DNA of 56,060 bases from Aplysia californica (lineage: Eukaryota). Below, in pieces: positions 33,463-43,676 of the stretch. Within the stretch, counting starts at the first letter, position 1. The number at the start of each line of letters is the position of its first letter. The notes under the pieces were generated by a model that saw only the letters and a list, made by a program, of their open reading frames with translations, searched no databases and was not told the origin of the DNA. The position numbers and the translations under genes are program-made. The stretch covers positions 273,242-329,301 of the forward strand of contig NW_004797756.1 in assembly GCF_000002075.1 (NCBI RefSeq), written 5' to 3'.

Positions 33463-35930
33463 GATGCCTGCATATTCTGGCTGTATATTCAAGGATTCTC
33501 AAGATTCATCAGGAACATGCTTAAGACAACTTCAAGAGACCAGGGCTGGTTGTTTAGTTTCGGCCTGGTTCCAGGAGCTCAATAGCCATGACAATCTGGC
33601 AGGTCATTTAGTCACCCTCCGCCTCCTCCCACTCTCCCTGTGGGTGTTATTTGTTTTTATATTAAAGCAGTTTTGAATTGTTCACAAATCTTATTTGATT
33701 CAGTTTATTCATTTTCTCAAAATCTTTCAGTGACTTGTTCAAAGAAATTACGGAACCAGTTTAGAATTTTCAAAATAATTTGAGTTTAGAGAGACTTTAG
33801 ATGGATAATTTTTTGTAGCAGCAAATTTAATCTCTTGCAAGATAAATGACTGGAAAATATAACGGGAATTTAACTAGAATATATGACTAATTTATGAATC
33901 TCTTGCCTCGACCTAGTGTTTTAGTGTCTTTTTCATAACTGACCGTTCCCCGTATACTGTTTCTTGTTCTACATTTTGCGAACACAAATCATTCATCATG
34001 ATAAACCACGCATAGCAAGTTCAGAACTACTAGTCGTAACAGCAAACAAAATATTATACATCTCTTTTAATTATACTGTTTTGTTCATCAATTTCGTCAT
34101 AGGTGTTTCAGCTTTGAACATTTTCCATTCTAGTAACATTGTTTAACTGAACTGTTTGAGATTGTGGTTTTTGCTGAAATGCTAAAAACACAGGTGGCTC
34201 TTCAAACCAAGTTTGCTTTTCATTGAAATGTCATTGCTTTTGTTCATAAGAATGTTGCTGTCTTCTGCGGATCACCTTTGTCTTGCTCTAATAATGAAAT
34301 TATTCATATTCTTGTCTCCATTTAAGTTTGTGACACTTGTACATACTTATATATTGTTTTTAGGATTTATTTTGAGTGGATAGATCCGAATATTACTGTT
34401 ATAGCCACCTTTTTTGTATGGCTGATATTACAAAGCTATTGATTTAAGAGTATACCATATCACTTTATTTTGTTTGTTAATTTAATTTCTGGTGATGCAT
34501 CGTACTCACAGACAGCAAAGGACGAAGTCCGCCTCCGAGTACTTGGTGCTTCAGTGTTGTGTGAAGTTGTTTTGTGAACGTTGATATTGAATTAAACATT
34601 ATTTTTTTTGTAGTTGCCCCTTTTTTTTGTTTTTGTCTTAGTTCTTAAACTGATGGCACTTGAAGAACTTACTAAACTGTACTTCATGACCCACTTTCTT
34701 GTTGTCTTTTGATCACTATCTCAGCTGCAGTGTGTTAATGACTTAGGGGATGGTTATGATGCTTTTAGCTTGAGACACCCTTTCATGTGTTTAGAAAAAA
34801 GTGTGTCCACGTTATCCGAAGTGTGTGTTACACTTTCCTTTTGTATTTTTTCACTTCAGCAATAGAATGCTACTAAGTTGTTGTGCCTTGCTAATCCCCG
34901 TGCTATCGATTTTTGTACCCTCTTTGTTTCTTCCAAATTAGCATATTATGCGATTTCTTCCACGATATTACACTCTTATTCTCTTGTATTGCTGACACGG
35001 GCCTGGAGAGGTCTAACCACAATTTTGGGATAGTTTGGTGTTTTTTTTGGGTTTGTTAGTTGGAAGATGGTTTCATTTGCACGACTTTAGTAAGAGGAAT
35101 GTGCACAACAATACTGTTATCATGAGGATGTCGTTGGTCCTTGTGTGGACAAGATGAAAGCTTAACACTATCAGACATATTGTTGTATTTTGATTAGGTT
35201 ACACATACCTTGATGTGCTGTCGTAGTCTAAGCTATGCATGATCTCTCTCCATACGCAGACTTTTTTTGTCACGATTTTTTACATCTCGCACAGTTCATT
35301 GAAAAGTAATGGAGGGAAGAAAATTGTAATTGTAAAATACATACTTTAAGCTCTGAAACAAAATAAGCTCAGAGTGAATGGAAACTAAAGTTGAAATTTA
35401 TCCTAAAATTGTATTGAAAATTGTCAAGTAATTGGCTGAACTGGACTTTTTAGTAGCATTTAAAAAACAACAACTGATGTATCTGTTCATGTAACATTCT
35501 GTTGATGCCGTACAGGAAAGAATTGAAAGATATAAGACCTGGCTTGTCAGATAATTTGATATGTCGAGAGTGTTCTCTCTATCTGGATCCCTTCTTCATG
35601 TAAAAACATTTGTTTCTTCATTTGTGATCAGTTCCCTTGGAATTACATTGTGATATATGGTAGACTTCATGAGGTTTCCCTTCAGCTAATGAATTAGGAA
35701 AACTATGTGAACTACTTATTATATTTTATTCCTGGATTAGTTGATTAGTTATGTAGATAAGATTAGCAATAAAAAAAAGTCAACCAGTTTAATACATTTT
35801 AGAATAGGATTCTCTTCCTGTTTATTTTTTATTTTTTCTACTTTTGCATACATCCTTGGCTTAACTGCATAGTTTTGTGAAAGTCTCTGTTGTAAGCATT
35901 TTAACTCTATGTATAATTTATAATTATTAT

Positions 35931-35936
35931 AATAAA
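35931..35936 (+). terminator. Candidate calpain polyadenylation signal (about 2.5-kb 3' UTR)
   Basis: AATAAA followed by a T/GT-rich tract (ttcatttttgtttgagtttt); alternatives are ATTAAA near 34591 and AATAAA near 35768. Confidence 0.45.
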
Positions 35937-36040
35937 TACCTCTTTCCATCATTCATTTTTGTTTGAGTTTTCCTTTTCATGAATGGATGTGAGAAACTGT
36001 CTTCAGATGGTGCATGTATTGTTTTTATAGTGTTTGACTG

Positions 36041-36092
36041 ATGGAAGTCTAAAGAAACCTATGTGCATGGAAGTCTAAAGAAACCTATGTGC
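36041..36092. repeat. Exact 26-bp direct tandem duplication
   Basis: atggaagtctaaagaaacctatgtgc twice. Confidence 0.9.
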
Positions 36093-36878
36093 ATATATAT
36101 AGTATCTTTTTAACGGTTGAATCTTTGCCACCCATGCTTTGCACAGCAGTTTGTATCGATAATTTGTCTTAACTTAATCATATTTTTCCCTCAACAATAG
36201 AGGCTAGATTAAAAATCTTTTCTTCATTAATTTATATAAAATTAAACTACAAATCTCCTTCTCACGGAAAATGGAATTGTTGACAGCACTTCCTGCTTCT
36301 CACTCACATTTTGCATATATATATATACGCATGTATGGCTTACATCACAGATCACCTATGACACTTTTTAATGGCAAAACTAGTGACAAGAAATTAATTT
36401 TATAGTGAACACTTTTTTGCACTAAAAGTTCTCAAAACATGCGTTCAATAAAGATAATCTCGCTATTACAAAAAAATGACAGAATTGCTTTTAAAAGTAA
36501 AAATAATATTGTCCCAGCTATAAACCTTTTAAAATCAGTAGAAACCACCCTCTGGGATTTTTTATTAGTATTTATTAAGGAATTTTCTAGAATAGAGCTA
36601 TCAGATGTTAAAAAAAAATTGGTCTGTTAAGACAAATTGACACAAGTCACTTTTTGATAGTTGAGGAGATAGCCTATTTGACAATAAGTTGCGCCACGAA
36701 TTTTTGACCTCACTAATAGCTACTGTACAAAGCAATATATAAACCAGAGTTTCATTAAACTTTTCTCAATGCTTCGGAGTAATGAAACAGATCTATGCCT
36801 GCGTCTGGTGTAGAAGTTAGGCACTTCACAGTCACAGGCTGAAGACCCTCTGTAGGGAGGATTTTTATTGAGTGGTGT

Positions 36879-37181
36879 TTCTGCTGGGATGATGTCTTTC
36901 TTTCATCTTCTCGTTCATCTCATGTCCCAGACTCTAGTGTGAAGGCTGCTGTTTACCCAAGATCCTCCAGGCCCCCATACAGTCATAGAGTCATGGGTCT
37001 CTCAGCTTAAGGTTGGGTCAATATTTCCTTCTGCTGGGATGATGTCTTTCTTTCGTCTTCTCGTTCATCTCATGTCCCAAACTCTAGTGTGAAGGCTGCT
37101 GTTTACCCAAGATCCTCCTGGCCCCCATACAGTGGTGGGTCTCTCTGCTTAGGGTTGGGTCAGTATTTCCTTCTGCTGGGA
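36879..37181. repeat. 150-bp tandem repeat, array 1 (about 2 units)
   Basis: tgctgggat recurs at 36882, 37032 and 37174 (the second unit is 8 nt shorter). Confidence 0.9.
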
Positions 37182-38030
37182 TTTTGTATCCTGGGTTGAG
37201 CCTGACATGCAGGGTCAAAGTCTGCCTCTTTGATTATCAAAATTGTGTCAGTGGGGCATAAAACACCCTCCTAAAACAAACCAAAAAAAAGATCTAAAAT
37301 GGTGATTCTTATATGGAAGGGACGTAAAATAATAACTCGTATTTAGCTTTGAATTTCGGTGGTCCGGTGTTTCAAGCTTTATATTTTGTGACGCAATGAT
37401 CACAAGTATTTTGTTTGTGGAAGAAGAGAACAGAGTGGAAGAGGTTGCACTATAGTTTATTTTAGGGCATTCTTGCGTGATAATGACCACTTTTTGCTCA
37501 GATGGATAAAGGAAGCAATAACCCTGAAATAAAGTAGGAGGAGCACTGTCCAACCACCCTAAAAAATAAAGTGGAGATTACAGGTAGCCNNNNNNNNNNN
37601 NNNNNNNNNNNNNNNNNNNNNNNNNNNNNNNNNNNNNNNNNNNNNNNNNNNNNNNNNNNNNNNNNNNNNNNNNNNNNNNNNNNNNNNNNTACTCAAACAT
37701 GGAACGACGTGTTTTCGGTAACATTTCGGATTTTCTAGATCTAGAATCTAGATTCTAGATCTAGAGATCTATTAGGCCTACCTGGACATGATGGAAGACC
37801 GCACGAAAATTGCCGTAAAGACGCAGGAGGACTAGATAATATCTAGATTCTAGATCTAGATCTAGATATCTAAATTTAGATCTACCACCCCCCCCCCCCT
37901 CCTGCATTTTTAATCACTAATACATTTTAAAAAATAAACAACAACTTCAAAGTCAAAGCAACTCTACAAATTAGGCCTATAATTTATGGAACTGTTGGTC
38001 AGTCGGGAGGAGGAAAAGAGAAAAAAAAAC

Positions 38031-38108
38031 TGTCCGGGACTGGAATCGAACCGCTCCAAAAGTCATTGCTCGACATCAAACGCAGACGCGCTATCAAATC
38101 AGCTATCA
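38031..38108 (-). ncRNA. tRNA-like Pol III element (SINE head or tRNA pseudogene) followed by a T9 run
   Basis: On -: tagctgatttgatagcgcg (A-box-like) ... ggttcgattcc (B box) ... ggaca gttttttttt; no clean acceptor stem. Confidence 0.5.
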
Positions 38109-38474
38109 GAAATTCCGAGAAATTTGTGTAGATTAAGCATAATATACATAGACACTTCCATCTTTGGTGCCATGCGGTTGTCTATACTTAGATGTAGTCA
38201 CGTGATCGGAGGGGTATCCTGGTCTGACGTCAAACAAGATGGGCGCCTTACCTAAAAATAGTTTGCATCATTTCTACTTTTAATCGCATGTTTATTATAG
38301 GGAGGGCCTATGATATGATGAAGTATGGTATGGCTATAATACCATAAATTCAGAATATAGAGTCTAGATCTAGATCTAGATCTAGATCTAGATCTCTAAT
38401 TCTAATAAATCAGTTGACATGAATCGATGAGACAACAACATTAAAATTAACACGGTCCAAAGTAAGTGACTTAC

Positions 38475-38523
38475 CAATCGCATCAAGTTCGTCTGCGTAC
38501 TCTAGTTCAAAGGAGTCGTCCAT
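38475..38523 (-). CDS. Orphan first coding exon MDDSFELEYADELDAI (resembles the acidic N-terminus of CTF18/CHTF18 from memory)
   Basis: ATG GAC GAC...GCG ATT G|gtaagt, strong donor; no downstream exons recognised. Confidence 0.35.
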
Positions 38524-39516
38524 AACTAGATCTAGATCTAGAGAGGGAGTAAATCGTAATATATGAATTGATAATAAGACAAATTGTTTCGTATTAACAC
38601 TCTGGCTCTGACTTACAATAAACGATCATGATTCACAATTTAATAAGGCCTACACTGAGTGCTCAATCCAGTCCACAAGCCTAGCAGTCGTTATTCTGTT
38701 TACAATCCCGCCATCTTTCGCATTGAATGTCAGGTAAGCGGCAAGAATTTGGGTTTGTTTCAATTTTGCCAGGTTGTACTTGAACTTAACTCATCATTAG
38801 GCCAAGGCTCTGGCGCAGGCCTCNNNNNNNNNNNNNNNNNNNNNNNNNNNNNNNNNNNNNNNNNNNNNNNNNNNNNNNNNNNNNNNNNNNNNNNNNNNNN
38901 NNNNNNNNNNNNNNNNNNNNNNNNNNNNNNNNNNNNNNNNNNNNNNNNNNNNNNNNNNNNNCACGGACTGGATAATTATTATTGGAGTTATGATACTATC
39001 TTTGTTATAACTTAAAATTAGAGGTCTTGGCCTCGGCGACTCCAATATTAGGCCCCAATGATATCGTCAAANNNNNNNNNNNNNNNNNNNNNNNNNNNNN
39101 NNNNNNNNNNNNNNNNNNNNNNNNNNNNNNNNNNNNNNNNNNNNNNNNNNNNNNNNNNNNNNNNNNNNNNNNNNNNNNNNNNNNNNNNNNNNNNNNNNNN
39201 NNNNNNNNNNNNNNNNNNNNNNNNNNNNNNNNNNNNNNNNNNNNNNNNNNNNNNNNNNNNNNNNNNNNNNNNNNNNNNNNNNNNNNNNNNNNNNNNTGTA
39301 TGTGCAGTGGCGGTGGGTAGACCAAGATTTGGGTGGGGCTTAGGTTACTTCAACTTCTTTACCACCAAAAAGCAAGCAATAAGAACAAAACTGATGATTT
39401 TTGCTATACTCACTGAGAGCCACGGCATTTTGAGAACCATTCAAACGAAAAGAGTCACCTTTGTCTAATGTGTGTGTATATGTATAGACAGATCGATAAG
39501 ATATATATTTTTTATA

Positions 39517-40495
39517 CGAGGGCTGTCCCACGGAAAACCGGAATTTGGCTGTAATTTGAAAACTATTCAATATTTTCACATTCTGTAAACGCACACTTGT
39601 AAAACAATCATTTAGAAATTTCCCGATTGAGCACCATGAGCATCGCACAAACCAAACGAGCACAGCAGTTCTCAAAAGATGGCTACGCACTTGGAAAATT
39701 GGTCAAGGGTACAAGTGAGGTCTGTCATTCGGTTTCTGACCGCAAAAGGTCTCAAACCTCTAGAAATACACACTGAAATAAAGTCAGTTTATGGGGAGAA
39801 AGTAATGGCAAAGTCACAGGTATATGAGTGATGTAGTAAGTTCAAAGCCGGGCACTCCGATATCAATGACAAAGTTTACCCAGGCTCTTGTTTTTCTGCC
39901 AAGACTGAGGACAACAAGAGTCGCGTTAACGAACTTAGGTATTCAAACAGACAGGCGCCTAAAAATTCGCGAAATTTGCGAGTGGCTAAACATTTCAAAG
40001 TCGACTTTCTATAGGATAGAGTTTGATGAGCTGCACTGTTGAAAGGTGTCTGCTTGATGGGTTGGGGCCGAAAAAGACCAGCGGGATCATTTTGCAGCAT
40101 GGCAACACAACGCCACACACTGCAAACGTCACGAAAGACTGGTTCCAAAGGTTCGGCTAGGAATTTCTACTACACCCCCCTCACAGTCCTGACTTGGCCC
40201 TGTCAGATTATCACCTTTTTGAACCAATGAAACGCCATATTTCTGGACAGCGATTCACCGACGACGAAGACCTCGTGGTAGCCGTGAACGATTGGTTGAA
40301 ATCCCTTGAAGAAAGATTCTTCAGGGAGGGTATCTTCTCCCAGATCCAGCGATGGGAAAAATGTGTCCAGCGGGATGGTGATTACATTGAGAAATAAAGC
40401 ACATGTTGAGGTATGATGTCTTACAGTTTTATTATAATAGGACAAAGATTTTTGCTTTTACGGACCTTTTCCGGTTTTCCGTGGGACAGCCCTCG
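39517..40495 (+). mobile_element. Mariner (Tc1/mariner) DNA transposon, internally deleted, pseudogenised transposase
   Basis: Perfect 27-bp TIRs CGAGGGCTGTCCCACGGAAAACCGGAA with TA on both sides. Remnants: VRSVIRFLTAKG...EIKSVYGE...QVYE*CSKFKAG (HTH), LQHGNTTPHT (HDNA motif), HPPHSPDLALSDYHLF (YSPDLAP motif), RWEKCVQRDGDYIEK*. Confidence 0.95.
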
Positions 40496-40657
40496 TAGTT
40501 ACTGTACAAAGCAATTTATAAACCAGAGTTTCATTAAACTTTTCTCAATGCTTCGGAGTAATGAAACAGAACTATGCCTGCGTCTGGTGTAGAAGTTAGG
40601 CACTTCACAGTCACAGGCTGAAGACCCTCTGTAGGGAGGATTTTTATTGAGTGGTGT

Positions 40658-41030
40658 TTCTGCTGGGATGATGTCTTTCTTTCATCTTCTCGTTCATCTC
40701 ATGTCCCAGACTCTAGTGTGAAGGCTGCTGTTTACCCAAGATCCTCCAGGCCCCCATACAGTCATAGAGTCATGGGTCTCTCAGCTTAAGGTTGGGTCAA
40801 TATTTCCTTCTGCTGGGATGATGTCTTTCTTTCATCTTCTCGTTCATCTCATGTCCCAGACTCTAGTGTGAAGGCTGCTGTTTACCCAAGATCCTCCAGG
40901 CCCCCATACAGTCATAGAGTCATGGGTCTCTCAGCTTAAGGTTGGGTCAATATTTCCTTCTGCTGGGATGATGTCTTTCTTTCATCTTCTCGTTCATCTC
41001 ATGTCCCAAACTCTAGTGTGAAGGCTGCTG
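40658..41030. repeat. 150-bp tandem repeat, array 2 (at least 2.5 units, runs into gap)
   Basis: tgctgggatg recurs at 40661, 40811 and 40961; same unit as array 1. Confidence 0.9.
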
Positions 41031-41812
41031 NNNNNNNNNNNNNNNNNNNNNNNNNNNNNNNNNNNNNNNNNNNNNNNNNNNNNNNNNNNNNNNNNNNNNN
41101 NNNNNNNNNNNNNNNNNNNNNNNNNNNNNNNNNNNNNNNNNNNNNNNNNNNNNNNNNNNNNNNNNNNNNNNNNNNNNNNNNNNNNNNNNNNNNNNNNNNN
41201 NNNNNNNNNNNNNNNNNNNNNNNNNNNNNNNNNNNNNNNNNNNNNNNNNNNNNNNNNNNNNNNNNNNNNNNNNNNNNNNNNNNNNNNNNNNNNNNNNNNN
41301 NNNNNNNNNNNNNNNNNNNNNNNNNNNNNNNNNNNNNNNNNNNNNNNNNNNNNNNNNNNNNNNNNNNNNNNNNNNNNNNNNNNNNNNNNNNNNNNNNNNN
41401 NNNNNNNNNNNNNNNNNNNNNNNNNNNNNNNNNNNNNNNNNNNNNNNNNNNCTCTAACTCACATTTTCTCTCTCCCCCTCTTTCTTTCTTTCTGTCTTTC
41501 TTTCTCACTTCCTTTCTGTCTTCCTTTCATTCTCTCTCTCTCTCTCTCTTGGATAAATAACCCACCCAGGTTTTGAATGAAAAGACCACAATTTTAATCT
41601 CTGAGGACCAAAATCCTGGTCCCCCTAGACTCTTCTTTATTTATAATAATCAGAAATGAAATTATGCCACTGCAACCTCTATCTTATCCATCACACACAA
41701 GACGCCAGAGTTACAAGAAACTTCCTCTGAGCTAAGTATAACCGAAATCAAAAGTAAAAGTGAGTGAGTAATGTACCAAAGTGTGATTATGATGTGTATA
41801 TTTGGCTATCTA

Positions 41813-41990
41813 CAGAATAACACGGATAGCTCGAATTTGTCAAGACTGGCCTTAGTAGTTCGAGAGATCCTTCGTTCAAGGGATATCTTACAAAGATAAG
41901 GAAGAAAAAAAAAACAGGACCGACTGCAGGCACAGTTCGACGGATGCAGGTTTTCGAGTTTTCTGTGTTCTACTTATCCGTGTTATTCTG
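41813..41990. mobile_element. TA-target MITE (Tc1/mariner/pogo-like), family D
   Basis: TA|CAGAATAACACGGATA...TATCCGTGTTATTCTG|TA. Confidence 0.85.
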
Positions 41991-42157
41991 TATTTCTCTT
42001 AAATGTCTGTTCTGTGTCCTGTGTAAGCTTGCTGATCTATACCTCAGAAGCACTGATCGATGATTCATGCGGCAGTGTTGCTATCCCAACATATGAAAAG
42101 CGAGTATGTGATTCTCTGCTTGTCTGTATGTACTGTACTGCACAATCCACATGAGGT

Positions 42158-42325
42158 GAGTGGGTGGTTGGCCGGTGCTCTGATGTGGTTTGCTCCTTCT
42201 TTCCTCTCAAACATCTATCATCGTGATCTCTCCTTCTTTTTTATGTTTGTTACTCTCTTGTAACACCTCTTCCGCACATATGACCTTATTGTGTTGGAAG
42301 TGCCGTAAAACTGTGACAAAAAGCT
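42158..42325 (+). mobile_element. SINE 3' body copy, opposite orientation
   Basis: gtgggtggttggccggtgctctgatgtggtttgctccttc...gttactctcttgtaacacctct...gtgccgtaaaact. Confidence 0.75.
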
Positions 42326-43603
42326 AAAAAAAAACAAACCATGAGGTGAAATGAAGACAATCCAAGAGATACTGCACAAATAACGAATACACTAAAAGCT
42401 GAAGGTATTAGTAATTTATTTGACTAATTTCTAGATATTACAAAGGATATACAGTTTCCGTGCATGACGGATATCATATGAGAAAATGAAGTATGGAGAG
42501 AATGAATGATTTCAAAAGTGCAACGTACACATTACATGATTTTTTATTTTATAGTAGTACCCTGAATTTGTTGTGATGGACAAAAAACCCTTAAGTCAAC
42601 CAGGTAGAAAAAAGCTTAACCAAGTCAGATTTAAAAAAATTAAACCAACTCCCAGAAGCCGAGAATATTTCTGTGTGTTCTAGGGTCTGCCTGGGTAACA
42701 TAATAGATTGTGTAAAGCACATAGAGCTTGCTGTTGAGCAGGAATAGGCCATAAAAAAAGCTATTTATTATGATAACACCCACAGAACCATAAAATCCCC
42801 ATCTCTTCAACTTAAGAAAATCCACCTCATCTAGTAAAGAGGAGCCACATTACAGGAAAACAAAAAATAATTTAAAAAAATTAGGGCTCTCATTTACGAT
42901 GAATGATGACATCAATGCAATCATTTGTAAGTCATGAACGTGCTTGAAAAATGCAAGATTTTGGACTGAAATCCTTGAGACTTTAGAGAAAATAACGGCT
43001 CACCAGAGGAGCCCTCCAGGTTAGTTGTTTAACTGACAAATAAATAGCATTTGACAGAACACATTTAAAAGTCTGATTCAAACCTAAATTCTGTGCTTAG
43101 TAAACTGAATTACATTTTCATACTCCTACTTGAGGTCTTGCTCGACTTGCCACTTTCCCGAAGAGTGACATTTTAAGAGACAAATAATTTTGTCATCCAA
43201 TTCTGTTCTTATATATATGAAGAATTATATGATGAATTAAAAATAAAAGTGAATAAAATGTTATTGCATATAGTAAAGAATGAAAGTGGGAAAGGAACAT
43301 AAGGAACCAATTGGAAGAATATGACCAAATATCATCACCTAAAACGAATTATATATATATGCCGAACATTCAACATATCATCCATGAGATACATTAATAT
43401 ATATATATTCATATCTTTCTGTATTGAAAAAAGGTAACAAGACTGAAGTTCATAGCTCAGAATGTGCTTGGAATAGTTTGTTGGATTTCACACCACTTTC
43501 CACACCGTAAAACTATTGGGCAGGCATAACTTCTTGTTGAACAATTGCCTTCCAAGTGGACAAGTAGCAATTAAAATGCCCAAGACTACTAAAATTCAAG
43601 AAT

Positions 43604-43676
43604 ACCCCAATGAGGATTCGAAGCACAGTCACTTGTGCTGCAGTTTAACATAATGCCAACTGAGCTATCGGTGCGG
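43604..43676 (-). pseudogene. tRNA-derived fragment (SINE head)
   Basis: On -: TAGCTCAGTTGG (A box) ... cttcgaatcc (B-box-like); cloverleaf degenerate. Confidence 0.5.

Larger units (their letters stand above)
37690..38823. promoter_or_regulatory. CpG-enriched, promoter-like island with (TCTAGA)n tracts
   Basis: E-box GTCACGTGA near 38197, CRE TGACGTCA near 38225, YY1-like CCGCCATCTT at 38708-38717, TCTAGA arrays near 37735-37870, 38363-38394 and 38526-38542. Confidence 0.5.

Noticed and set aside
38659-41560. Long ORFs filled with X (also 23305-23589, 28520-29099, 51589-53318)
   Set aside because: Open only because they cross N-gaps
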